DNA of 62,743 nucleotides, filler included, from Babesia bigemina (taxonomy: Eukaryota): NCBI RefSeq assembly GCF_000981445.1. It is 12 parts of 12 records of this genome, joined end to end, with 100 filler letters (N's around TTAATTAATTAA, not from the genome) between each part and the next. Parts side by side here need not be neighbours in the genome. Positions count along the whole stretch, not along the records: positions 10,145 to 21,589 come from NW_012236918.1; 11 more parts are not named here. The stretch is one strand, 5' to 3'. The notes under the pieces were generated by a model. The model saw only the letters and a program-made list of their open reading frames with translations. It searched no databases and was not told where the DNA came from. Shown here in pieces: positions 10,045 to 21,689 of the stretch. A program made the translations under genes and the position numbers. Each line of letters opens with the position of its first letter. Position 1 is the first letter of the stretch.

Positions 10045-10144
10045 NNNNNNNNNNNNNNNNNNNNNNNNNNNNNNNNNNNNNNNNNNNNTTAATTAATTAA
10101 NNNNNNNNNNNNNNNNNNNNNNNNNNNNNNNNNNNNNNNNNNNN
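10045..10144. other. Artificial contig spacer (44 N, TTAATTAATTAA, 44 N). Identical spacers start at 21590, 23954, 26291, 29076, 31269, 33829, 53746, 56035, 58278 and 60358
   Basis: Eleven identical 100-nt blocks; the 12-mer gives stops in all six frames. Confidence 0.99.
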
Positions 10145-13100
10145 ACATCGCCCCTTTACCCACTCTACATCGCCCCTAACCCACTCTACATCGCCCTTAA
10201 CCCACTCCACATCGCTCCCTTACCCATTCTACATCGCCCCTTTATCCACTCTACATCGCCCCTTTACCCACTCTATATCGCTCCCTAATCCACTCTACAT
10301 CGCCCCTTTGTCTACTCTACATCGCCCCTTAACCCACTCCACATCGCCCCTTTATCCACTCTACATCGCCCCTTTATCCACTCTACATCGCCCCTTTATC
10401 CACTCTACATCGCCCCTTAACCCACTCTACATCGCCCCTTAACCCACTCTACATCGCCCCTTAACCCACTCTACATCGCCCCTTAACCCACTCTACATCG
10501 CCCCTTAACCCACTCCACATCGCCCCTTTATCCACTCTACATCGCTCCCTAACCCACCCTTCATCGCCCCTTAACCCACTCTACATCGCCCCTTTATCCA
10601 CTCTACATCGCCCCTTTATCCACTCTACATCGCTCCCTAACCCACTCTACATCGCTCCCTTATCCACTCTACATCGCCCCTTAACCCACTCTACATCGCC
10701 CCTTTATCCACTCTTCATCGCTCCTTTGTCCACTTCTCATCGCTCCCTAATCCACTCTCCATCGCCCCTTAACCCACCCTACATCGCCCCTTTATCCACC
10801 CTACATCGCCCCTTTACCCACTCTACATCGCCCCTTAACCCACTCTACATCGCTCCCTAACCCACTCCACATCGCTCCCTAACCCACTCCACATCGCTCC
10901 CTAACCCACTCTACATCGCTCCCTTATCCACTCTACATCGCTCCTTAACCCACTCTACATCGCCCCTTTATCCACTCCACATCGCTCCTTAACCCACTCT
11001 ACATCGCCCCTTAACCCACTCTACATCGCCCCTTAACTCACTCTACATCGCTCCTTTACCCACTCTACATCGCCCCTTATCCACTCTACATCGCTCCTTA
11101 TCCACTCTACATCGCCCCTTTACCCACCCTACATCGCCCCTTCATCCACTCTACATCGCTCCCTAACCCACCATACATCGTTCCTTAACCCACTCTACAT
11201 CGCCCCTTAACCTACTCTACATCGCTCCCTAACCCACTCTACATCGCTCCCTAACCCACTCCACATCGCTCCCTTATCCACTCTACATCGCTCCCTAACC
11301 CACTCTACATCGCCCCTTATCCACTCTACATCGCTCCCTAACCCACTCTACATCGCTCCCTAACCCACTCCACATCGCTCCCTTATCCACTCTACATCGC
11401 TCCCTAACCCACTCTACATCGCCCCTTATCCACTCTACATCGCCCCTTATCCACTCCACATCGCTCCCTAACCCACTCTACATCGCTCCTTAACCCACTC
11501 TACATCGCTCCCTAACCCACTCCACATCGCTCCCTAATCCACTCTACATCGCCCCTTATCCACTCTACATCGCTCCCTAACCCACTCTACATCGCTCCCT
11601 TATCCACTCTACATCGCTCCTTAACCCACTCTACATCGCTCCCTAACCCACTCTACATCGCTCCCTAACCCACTCTACATCGCCCCTTAATCCACTCTAC
11701 ATCGCCCCTTAACCCACTCTACATCGCCCCTTATCCACTCTACATCGCTCCCTAACCCACTCTACGTCGCTCCTTTATCCACCTTACATCGCTTCCTAAC
11801 CCACTCTACATCGCCGCTTAAACCACTCTACATCGCTCCTTAACCTACTCCACATCGCCCCTTAACCCACTCTACATCGCCCCTTAACCCACTCCACATC
11901 GCCCCTTTGTCCACTCTACACCGCCCCTTTATCCACTCCACATCGCTCCTTAACCCACTCTACATCGCCCCTTAACCCACTCTACATCGCTCCCTAACCC
12001 ACTCTACATCGCTCCTTTACCCACTCCACATCGCTCCCTAACCCACTCTACATCGCCCCTTATCCACTCCACATCGCTCCCTAACCCACTCTACATCGCT
12101 CCTTAACCCACTCTACATCGCTCCCTAACCCACTCCACATCGCTCCCTAACCCACTCTACATCGCTCCTTTATCCACTCTACATCGCTCCCTAACCCACT
12201 CTACATCGCCCCTTTATCCACTCTACATCGCTCCCTAATCCACTCCACATCGCTCCTTTATCCACTCCACATCGCTCCTTTGACCACTCTACATCGCCCC
12301 TTAACCTCCTCTAATCGCCCCTTAACCCACTCCACATCGCCCCTTAACCCACTCCACATCGCCCCTTAATCCACTCGACATCGCTCCCTAACCCACTCTA
12401 CATCGCCCCTTAACCCACTCCACATCGCTCCCTAACCCACTCCACATCGCTCCTTTATCCACCCTACATCGCCCCTTTATCCACTCTCCATCGCTCCCTA
12501 ACCCACTCTACACCGCCCCTTTAACCACCCTACATCGCCCCTTTAACCACACTACATCGCTCCCTTACCCACTCTACATCGCTCCCTAACCCACTCCACA
12601 TCGCTCCCTAACCCACTCTACATCGCTCCCTAACCCACTCTACATCGCTCCCTAACCCACTCTACATCGCTCCCTAACCCACTCTACATCGCTCCCTAAC
12701 CCACTCTACATCGCTCTTTTACCCACTCAACATCGCTCCCTAACCCACTCTACATCGCTCCCTAACCCACTCTACATCGCCCCTTTACCCACTCTACATC
12801 GCCCCTTAACCCACTCTACATCGCCCCTTAACCCACTCTACATCGCCCCTCTATCCACTCAACATCGCTCCCTAACCCACTCTACATCGCCCCTTTACCC
12901 ACTCTACATCGCCCCTTTACCCACTCTACATCGCCCCTTAACCTACACTACATCGCCCCTTAACCCACTCTACATCGCCCCTTATCCACTCTACATCGCT
13001 CCTTTATCCACTCTACATCGTTCCTCTATCCACTTTACATCGCCCCTTAACCCACTCTACATCGCCCCTTAACCCACTCTACATCGCTCCTTAACCCACT

Positions 13101-15246
13101 CTACATCGCTCCTTAACCCACTCTACATCGCCCCTTAACCCACTCTACATCGCCCCTTAACCCACTCTACATCGCTCCCTTATCCACTCTACATCGCTCC
13201 TTTATCCACTCTACATCGCTCCCTTATCCACTCTACATCGCCCCTTTACCCACTCTACATCGCCCCTTTACCCACTCCACATCGCTCCTTTACCCACTCT
13301 ACATCGCCCCTTTATCCACTCTACATCGCTCCTTTATCCACTCCACATCGCTCCTTATCCACTCTACATCGCCCCTTAACCCACTCCACATCGCCCCTAA
13401 TCCACTCTACATCGCCCCTTTATCCACTCCACATCGCTCCTTTATCCACTCTACATCGCTCCTTTATCCACTTTACATCGCCCCTTAACCCACTCTACAT
13501 CGCCCCTTAACCCACTCTACATCGCTCCTTAACCCACTCTACATCGCCCCTTAACCTCCTTTAATCGCTCCCTAACCCACTCTACATCGCTCCCTAATCC
13601 ACCTTACATCGCTCCTTATCCACTCTACGTCGCCCCTTAACCCACTCTACATCGCTCCCTAGCCCACTCTACATCGCCCCCTAACCCACTCTACATCGCC
13701 CCTTATCCACTCTACATCGCCCCCTAACCCACTCTACATCGCCCCTTATCCACTCTACATCGCTCCCTAACCCACTCCACATCGCTCCTTAATCCACTCC
13801 ACATCGCTCCCTAACCCTCTCTACATCGCCCCTTTAGCCACTCTATATCGCTCCTTATCCACTCCACATCGCCCCTTAACCCACTCTACATCGCCCCTTT
13901 ATCCACTCTACATCGCCCCTTTACCCACTCTACATCGCTCCCTTATCCACTCCACATCGCCCCTTATCCACTCCACATCGCTCCCTAACCCACCTTACAT
14001 CGCTCCCTAACCCACTCTACATCGCCCCTTTATCCACTCCACATCGCCTCTTATCCACTCTACATCGCCCCTTAACCCACTCTACATCGCTCCCTAATCC
14101 ACTCTACATCGCTCCCTAACCCACTCTACATCGCCCCTTATCCACTCCACATCGCCCCTTAACCCACTCCACATCGCTCCCTAATCCACTCTACATCGCT
14201 CCTTAACCCACTCCACATCGCTCCCTAATCCACTCTACATCGCCTCTTTACCCACCTTACATCGCTCCCTAACCCACCTTACATCGCTCCCTAACCCACT
14301 CTACATCGCCCCTTATCCACTCTACATCGCCCCTTTATCCACTCTACATCGCCCCTTTATACACTCTACATCGCTCCTTAACCCACTCTACATCGCCCCT
14401 TTATCCACTCCACATCGCCCCTTTACCCACTCTACATCGCCCATTAACCCACTCCACATCGCTCCTTTATCCACCCTACATCGCTCCCTAACCCACTCTA
14501 CATCGCCCCTTTATCCACTCAACATCGCTCCCTAATCCACTCTACATCGCTCCTTAACCCACTCTACATCGCTCCTTAACCCACTCTACATCGCTTTTCT
14601 ACCCACTCTCCATCGCCCCTTAACCCACTCTACATCGCTCCCTAACCCACTCCACATCGCCCCTTCATCCACTCTACATCGCTCCCTAACCCACTCCACA
14701 TCGCCCCTTTACCCACTCTACATCGCTCCTTTATCCACTCCACATCGCCCCTTAACCCACTCTACATCGCCCCTTATCCACTCTACATCGCTCCCTAACC
14801 CACTCTACATCGCCCCTTTATCCACTCTACATCGCTCCTTAATCCACTCTACATCGCTCCCTAATCCACTCCACATCGCTCCTAATCCACTCTACATCGC
14901 CCCTTTATCCACTCTACATCGCTCCTAATCCACTCTACATCGCCCCTTTATCCACTCTACATCGCTCCCTTACCCACTCTACATCGCCCCTTTATCCACT
15001 CTACATCGCCCCTAATCCACTCTACATCGCTCTCTTATTCACTCTACATCGCCCCTTATCCACTCCACATCGCCCCTTTACCCACTCTACATCGCCCCTT
15101 TATCCACTCCACATCGCTCCTTTACCCACTCTACATCGCCCCTTTATCCACTTTTCATCGCCCCTTTACCCACTCTACATCGCCGCTTTATCCACTCTAC
15201 ATCGCCCCTTTACCCACTCTACATCGCTCCTTATCCACTCTACATC
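10145..15246. repeat. 22-23-bp C-rich satellite, >5 kb, upstream of ves gene
   Basis: Uninterrupted array ending at CTACATC-CCTCGAATTACC. Confidence 0.97.
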
Positions 15247-15274
15247 CCTCGAATTACCTCGCCATATTACCGCT

Positions 15275-18200
15275 ATGACCTTCTTAAACCATCACAATAA
15301 CTTGTGCCTTGTCACCCTTGACTTCCCCTCTTCCACCTCTTGCCACTGCGCTGACCATGTGACGCCTAGGGAGCTTGACAAGAAACTTGACAAAATTTTG
15401 ATCCTTCAAAACACCTCAAATAACAACCCTACTAACATCCTTAATAACCTCTGCTCTGGGCTCGAAACCTTCCTCGGCTTCAACTCTGCTTCCAAAGGCT
15501 ACGATGGCAGTGGCATTGTGTACTCTGACCTGGACAGGCTGTGTGACGGGGTGATGGGATTTTTGAGTGGAGTGCTTGGTGCGGTGAAAAACGAAAATGA
15601 AGTGATAACTTATGATAATTACATCACTGATTCTGAGAAAAAGCTTGAAAAAGTACTAGACACCTTAAAAGATAATATTGGCTCCGGGCGTGATGGGCTT
15701 GCGGCGTCTGTCGCCGCGGTGAAGGCGTGGCTGGAGGGGTATGAAGGTGAATTAAAGGAAAGAACAAATAATGTTAAAAAGCCAGTTAGAGAAATGAAAA
15801 CGCTAATTGAGCGTGACGGAACGTTAATTGTGGAAGAACAAGATAACGATCTCAAGAAGCAAGTAGGGGACTGGACTCATCGGGCCAAGCTGTACATAGA
15901 GAAAGCCTCAAATGCCGATAAGGCATTAGAAGACATCGACTCCAAACTGAAAGATAAGTTGAAATGTTCAATTAATATGCTGTTGCAGGCAACGAAGACT
16001 TTCAAGGCGGCCGCAGAGAATGGAGACTTGTATATAATCCATGAAACGCTTAGGAACGTCTGCAATGAGACCGTTGATCAAATTACATCCATAGCGAATG
16101 TGAAATGTAAATACCTCACAGATGATTTAAAACAAAAAATTAGCTCATTTAATGGCCACCTGTTTGCCTTACAATCGAATCATTTTGCTGAGTTGGAAAC
16201 GTCCGTGTACAATCAGCTTCAGGATGCATTAGACACTGTAAACGGTGGAATCGCAGAGCTAGAGAAGAAATATAAAGGTGAAATAGTCGACGAACTGAAA
16301 TCTATTCTGCAACAAGTAATACATATTAAGGATAAGGTTAATGCAGAGAAGCAGACGCTTGCAGAGCAGGTGAGTAGTATGGTTCAGCGGATGGATGCGC
16401 TTAAAAATGTCAAACATAAAATTAAGGTACCGAAAGATGTAAATACGTTCAAGGACGACAGCCATAGCGATGGATGGAGGTTGGCAGAAATCGCAGAGCT
16501 TAAGCAAAAAATTGTAAGTGCCATGCGAACGCATGTTGGAGGTGAGATTCTCCAACAGATTCAAGATAGTGTTGATAACATCAAGGGAAATGGTAGTTCA
16601 TATGAAGGTCTTGCGGGTATTAGAAAACAAGCAGTGGATAATTACGCCAGTAGATTCACAAAAAACGGTACCGAAAAAGGTCAGTTTGGTGAAGTCGTAG
16701 AAGAATGGTTGACCGAGATTTTGCAGAGTAAGCCCGTTATCGCAGCGCTGGGTCAATATATAAAAGGGTCATCGACTGCTGATCTAGGCTCTATATTCAA
16801 ACAAGGAGATGTACTGCCCGCTGCAAAAACAATTGTTGGTCAGATGCAGAAGGAAATTCAAGCAGCCACTGCAGCGGCTGTTGTGACCATGGGAGACAGT
16901 ACAGAAATAGAAAAGCATCTAGATGCTGTTCAACAGGCCTGCGAAACATTTGCGCGGACGCTTGGTGAAAACATCAAGGGCCAGTTTGAAATTGGGGGAC
17001 TTTCTGGGAAGATAGCTACTGAGATTGAGAGCGTCTTTTTACCTGGTACTCATTCACATGTTAGGAAACAGAATGAACTGAAATTAGCAATCCGTATCAT
17101 TCTTTACCAGCTCGTAGGTGCGGCTAGGCAAGCAGGCAAGGAGCTTTATTCGTTCGTAGACAACGAGGAATCCGAATATAATCTTGGCAGAAACGTGAGC
17201 GTTTCTCTTAAAACTGCTACCGAACTAGCAAGTGGCATATCAGAAGCCATATCCGCGTCCACAAATTCAGGCGCTATCAACTATAGCGACAGCAGTATTG
17301 CGCAAGGTGTGACAGACATCGAGAAGCAAGTCAATACGCCCACTGTTGACAATCAACTCGGCTTGCTGCTCTACGAAACTGCCATTAAGGGTATTTTCAC
17401 GTTCCAGGAGGAAGTGATTAAGATTGTTGGCAGTGAACTCACAACTGTCAGACAACCCCTTCAAGCTGCTAAAGAAACGTTGGAGGGAATTAAATGGGAG
17501 CTATCCGAACTCCAGAGTGAAGAGGATACCATGTTGAATATAGGGGTTGTCAATGGTAAGTCCAAGCTAGAAAAGCAATCTGTCGAGCTGCACCAAAAGA
17601 TCAACAAATTTTTAGACTCAACTATTGGCACGGACGTAAATCATGGTGTCTACGCAGATTTGGCAACGTTGAAGAAACATATTCAGTTACTTCATACCGC
17701 CGTTGCGACTGTCAAGGAGAAGCTAAAATCTGTCTACCAAGAAATTAATAGTTGTATAGACAAAGCGGAAGAACTTTATAACGCAGCAGTTGAAGTGACA
17801 CAAAGAGTTTTTACTCATTTGCGTGCAACTGTTAACGCCGAACTGGACTCAGCCTCCAAAAGAATGCAAAATAGGGCCGAAACGCTCTATACCAGGACGA
17901 AGAAAAGAGAAATTGCTGCATTACAAAAAGTAGTTGAAACTCATTTCGAAGTTATTCTGCGAGTCATTGAAGATGACCAAAACGATAGAGTGAAAGGTTT
18001 CCTTGCCAAATTAGGAAACCAATTTGTTCGTCCACATACGAGCGTTTTCCCCTCACCTTCCCAGCCGGATAAATCAACAGCGAAGACGTTGTCGACCTAT
18101 GCTGCCACATTAATTCATTGGTTCAATGATTTGTTCCTCGATTTGTATACGCAACGGCAAGTCAAACTAAAACGCTCCCACGTCGAACATTCCAGGGAGG

Positions 18201-20725
18201 CATTGCAGAAATTGCTAACCGCTCTTGCATCTTCACAACATTTTAATAATGAGTTCGCTGTTAATCTTTCTTCCTTCGAAATTAAATTGTCCGAATTCCA
18301 TGCCGACACGTACAAAGATAATGCTAAGGATGTCCTCGCCCCCCTCAAGGCCGGCCTCTCCAACTTCACCGAGCAACTCGGCCACGCGTACGTGAACAGG
18401 TACTCGGGTCAAAAAATCATTAAGTTGACTGAAGAAAGAACTAAGGAAGTCGAACAAGATGGTATCAAGAAAACAATTAAATTTGATGATTTAACCCCTG
18501 AGGGCCGCAACTGCGCCAAGGTCTGCCTGACGATAGTGGAGATGGTGAGTGAGGAGTTAGTGCTTTTAAGCAGAGGTTGTTTCTCATATAAAGATAAACA
18601 AATCAATATATATGATAACAATTTATTCGGTAATTGGTTCAAGGAACGTGGTTTCACAGTTACATCTACAGCAGGCAAGCAGACCGGTGAGTTGCAGGAC
18701 AAGAAAGAAATAAACGGTAATACAATTTTCAACAAGTTTCTGAACTCGAATATCGTAGAAGCTGCCAAAAACGCTACACTAAAAAAATTGAAGGCAGAGG
18801 GTATTAGTAAGAAGATTAGATTCGTTAACATGAAAGTTGCCGAAGTCAGCCTGCTCGATATACTGACCTTGCTTCGTTTGGCGCAAAATGACTACTATCT
18901 CGTGTGTCACCATAACACCCGTCCCAATCCAAAGGCGCCTAGTAGCGTAAAAGATATGCTAAAGTGGCTGGCAGGTCTTCCACATGATCCCATGTATCTG
19001 CCATTTCGTATGTACTTCAAACAATTGTTCCCTAAGCCTAAAAACGATGAGAGAGATAATGCAGTTATACCGTCAGCTCAGCTGCAATTAGCAGCGCATC
19101 CTAACATAACAATTGGCCCAAACGACTTAGCAACCAATGTCTTGACAAACGTTTGCGGTTACTCCCAGGATACGTTGATTGCCATCCTCGGACACGGCCA
19201 CGAAGGTGGCAGGTACGCGTGTGAATTTAAAACAAATGCCGATAATTTCGATTATCCAAGCAACGCTGCTTCGTGTTTCGATATGTTCGTGGATATATTG
19301 CGTCGAGTCTACGACCAACTTTATTTCTTATTAATCCAGTGTCAACGCAGCTCAGAAGCCAATAGCTGGCGCGAATGCTGGTACGGCAGAGGAGTCGCAG
19401 GGTCATCGTGGCAGTGCAATACTAAACAATGTGCTAACCAAGCATGCCCCCAAATAGCTGACCAAAACGCTAACCAAATCGCTAACCAAATCGCTAGGCA
19501 AACGTGTGACCAGCACCCTAACTGTGGCCTTAAGTCGCCGTTGCAGTCGTTCCTCGAAGATGGTTTGCAAGGTTTCCTCCCGCATTCATTTAAGAAACCT
19601 GGATGCAAACGTGAATGTACAGTGAGCAATCACCGTGGCATCGCGTGTAAGACACCAATGGGATTCACGGACATTAGTGATACGGCATCGCATACTCAGA
19701 AAGGTGACCACATTCTAAAAGTGCTGCAAGGGTTCTGCGGTGATACGGAGAGACCACTCACCAAAATGTGTAGTTACTTGATCTGCCTATTGCAACAACC
19801 CCCGGAGACTCTTGGCGATATGTTTGCCTTTTACTTTAATTTGTTGAAAGACTGGGATAAGAGGGAGACGCATAAGCGGAATGCGTTTAACGAAGCTGTC
19901 AAAAAGGCGTACTTCGGAGTTACGTATGAAGACTTGGAATTATCATCGCTGTTTGGTCCTACTCATACGCAGAAGCACGATAACTGTGATTTGTTCAGTC
20001 TGGTTTGCGGCGGTGACACGAAATCAGTGGCTACCTGCGGCCGTTACCTACAGCCATTCGGCATTAACACTTGGGTCATATTTTCGGAAAGGTATGCCGA
20101 CAAATACCTTTCATGGATTGTCTATCTAACGGAAACATTCTACAGTCTACTCGACCAATTGTACAAAGAATGTTGCAAAAATTGCGACACACCAGGAACT
20201 CGCTGCCACAGCAAACTCTGCCCTAAAACGTGTCCAGTCAAATACACCACTGACCAAACAGCGTCAACTGCGACATCCAATGTTCATCACACTGAAAACT
20301 GTAAACCGATCTCTCGCTGCCCGTTCACACGTCCCACTTTCTGCAAATATGGGTTCGTTTTCAAAAGTCTATCAAACATGAGCGGTGACAATGGCGAAGA
20401 GACGATGCGTACCTGCAAAGATCTATGTAACGCACTGAAAAATGTGCTAAGCGATAAAGTCAGTGACAATGCTCCACTCGCCGTATTGGTATATCGAACC
20501 ATACCCGAATTCCTCTTCAAAATTCGGGAACCCTTCATCTGGCTCAATGTCGCCCTCTGGCTCCTTTCCCTCCTGTACCTCCTCCACATCATGGTCATCC
20601 GCCTCGACCTCCTCCACATCAAATCGCACTTACGTAGTCCCTCGAGTCATAGGATAGCCGCTCAATCACTACTCGCCGCCGCACGTGTTAATAAGCTTAA
20701 CAGGGTGTTTTATCTGCAACCATAA
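15275..20725 (+). CDS. ves: VESA1-like variant erythrocyte surface antigen, 1816 aa (alternative start ATG 15554)
   Basis: Intact ORF with GIVYSDLDRLCDGVMGFL, a long helical variable region, CAKVCLT, SPLQSFLEDGLQGFLPH, TM (FIWLNVALWLLSLLYLLHIMVI) and tail RIAAQSLLAAARVNKLNRVFYLQP. Confidence 0.9.
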   Translation: MTFLNHHNNLCLVTLDFPSSTSCHCADHVTPRELDKKLDKILILQNTSNNNPTNILNNLCSGLETFLGFNSASKGYDGSGIVYSDLDRLCDGVMGFLSGVLGAVKNENEVITYDNYITDSEKKLEKVLDTLKDNIGSGRDGLAASVAAVKAWLEGYEGELKERTNNVKKPVREMKTLIERDGTLIVEEQDNDLKKQVGDWTHRAKLYIEKASNADKALEDIDSKLKDKLKCSINMLLQATKTFKAAAENGDLYIIHETLRNVCNETVDQITSIANVKCKYLTDDLKQKISSFNGHLFALQSNHFAELETSVYNQLQDALDTVNGGIAELEKKYKGEIVDELKSILQQVIHIKDKVNAEKQTLAEQVSSMVQRMDALKNVKHKIKVPKDVNTFKDDSHSDGWRLAEIAELKQKIVSAMRTHVGGEILQQIQDSVDNIKGNGSSYEGLAGIRKQAVDNYASRFTKNGTEKGQFGEVVEEWLTEILQSKPVIAALGQYIKGSSTADLGSIFKQGDVLPAAKTIVGQMQKEIQAATAAAVVTMGDSTEIEKHLDAVQQACETFARTLGENIKGQFEIGGLSGKIATEIESVFLPGTHSHVRKQNELKLAIRIILYQLVGAARQAGKELYSFVDNEESEYNLGRNVSVSLKTATELASGISEAISASTNSGAINYSDSSIAQGVTDIEKQVNTPTVDNQLGLLLYETAIKGIFTFQEEVIKIVGSELTTVRQPLQAAKETLEGIKWELSELQSEEDTMLNIGVVNGKSKLEKQSVELHQKINKFLDSTIGTDVNHGVYADLATLKKHIQLLHTAVATVKEKLKSVYQEINSCIDKAEELYNAAVEVTQRVFTHLRATVNAELDSASKRMQNRAETLYTRTKKREIAALQKVVETHFEVILRVIEDDQNDRVKGFLAKLGNQFVRPHTSVFPSPSQPDKSTAKTLSTYAATLIHWFNDLFLDLYTQRQVKLKRSHVEHSREALQKLLTALASSQHFNNEFAVNLSSFEIKLSEFHADTYKDNAKDVLAPLKAGLSNFTEQLGHAYVNRYSGQKIIKLTEERTKEVEQDGIKKTIKFDDLTPEGRNCAKVCLTIVEMVSEELVLLSRGCFSYKDKQINIYDNNLFGNWFKERGFTVTSTAGKQTGELQDKKEINGNTIFNKFLNSNIVEAAKNATLKKLKAEGISKKIRFVNMKVAEVSLLDILTLLRLAQNDYYLVCHHNTRPNPKAPSSVKDMLKWLAGLPHDPMYLPFRMYFKQLFPKPKNDERDNAVIPSAQLQLAAHPNITIGPNDLATNVLTNVCGYSQDTLIAILGHGHEGGRYACEFKTNADNFDYPSNAASCFDMFVDILRRVYDQLYFLLIQCQRSSEANSWRECWYGRGVAGSSWQCNTKQCANQACPQIADQNANQIANQIARQTCDQHPNCGLKSPLQSFLEDGLQGFLPHSFKKPGCKRECTVSNHRGIACKTPMGFTDISDTASHTQKGDHILKVLQGFCGDTERPLTKMCSYLICLLQQPPETLGDMFAFYFNLLKDWDKRETHKRNAFNEAVKKAYFGVTYEDLELSSLFGPTHTQKHDNCDLFSLVCGGDTKSVATCGRYLQPFGINTWVIFSERYADKYLSWIVYLTETFYSLLDQLYKECCKNCDTPGTRCHSKLCPKTCPVKYTTDQTASTATSNVHHTENCKPISRCPFTRPTFCKYGFVFKSLSNMSGDNGEETMRTCKDLCNALKNVLSDKVSDNAPLAVLVYRTIPEFLFKIREPFIWLNVALWLLSLLYLLHIMVIRLDLLHIKSHLRSPSSHRIAAQSLLAAARVNKLNRVFYLQP

Positions 20726-20850
20726 TCGTACTCACGTGTTTACTTGCTACACTCACCTAGCATCTCACCTACTCACCTAACATAAAAATTGTGCTTTAAT
20801 CTGTTGTATCACTCATTTATCGTCATATGTGATTGTGTAGTAGTTAACTA
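20726..20850 (+). promoter_or_regulatory. Conserved ves 3' flanking block (ACTCAC-rich)
   Basis: Near-identical blocks at 42359-42482, 52438-52560 and, inverted, 29519-29643. Confidence 0.6.
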
Positions 20851-20987
20851 AAGTGCTGACCAATGCCACGACCAACGTGCTGACCAACGTGCTGACCAAG
20901 GTGGTGACCAAGGTGGTGACCAAGGTGCTGACCAATGTGGTGACCAATCTGCTGACCAATGCCATGACCAACGTGGTGACGAAGTTA
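20848..20987. repeat. 12-bp minisatellite
   Basis: GTGCTGACCAAN units. Confidence 0.93.
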
Positions 20988-21074
20988 ATGGTCACGGCAG
21001 CGATGACATGGTCACGGCAGCGATGAGATGGTTACGGCAGCGATGACATGGTCACGGCAGCGATGACATGGCCA
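20988..21074. repeat. 20-bp tandem repeat, 4 units
   Basis: ATGGTCACGGCAGCGATGAC units. Confidence 0.93.
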
Positions 21075-21088
21075 CAAGTGGTGATTAT

Positions 21089-21589
21089 TACCCACTCTAT
21101 ATCGCTCCTTTACCCACTCTACATCGCTCCCTAACCCACTCCACATCGCCCCTTTACCCACTCCACATCGCCCCTTAACCCACTCTACATCGCCCCTTTA
21201 CCCACTCTACATCGCTCCTTAACCCACTCTACATCGCTCCCTTACCCACTCTACATTGCTCCCTTACCCACTCTACATCGCCCCTTTACCCACTCTACAT
21301 CGCCCCCTAACCCACTCTACATCGCCCCTTTACCCACTCTACATCGCCCCTTAACCCACTCTACATCGCTCCATAACCCACTCCACATCGCTCCTCTATC
21401 CACTCTACATCGCCCCTTTATCCACTCGTCATCGCCCCTTTATCCACTCTACATCGCCCCTTTACCCACCCTACATCGCTCCTTAACCCACCCTTCATCG
21501 CCCCTTAAGCCACTCTACATCGCTCCTCTACCCACTCTACATCGCCCCTTTATCCACTCTACATCGCTCCTTTATCCACTCTACATCGC
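21089..21589. repeat. 22-23-bp C-rich satellite (runs into gap)
   Basis: Follows the AAGTGGTGATTATTAC junction. Confidence 0.96.
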
Positions 21590-21689
21590 NNNNNNNNNNN
21601 NNNNNNNNNNNNNNNNNNNNNNNNNNNNNNNNNTTAATTAATTAANNNNNNNNNNNNNNNNNNNNNNNNNNNNNNNNNNNNNNNNNNNN

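Noticed and set aside
10089..10100. TTAATTAATTAA repeated 11 times as a biological motif
   Set aside because: Always centred in 44+44 Ns; it is a six-frame-stop assembly linker.
8373..15246. True telomere, or one continuous 6.9-kb array linking gene 1 to gene 2
   Set aside because: CCCTAA-like motifs are embedded in a longer unit and the 46219-47657 array is flanked by genes on both sides. The join across the N-spacer is unverified.
15554..18400. Ebh/SMC/myosin-like identity for the long helical regions
   Set aside because: Generic coiled-coil composition; the flanking motifs identify VESA-like proteins.
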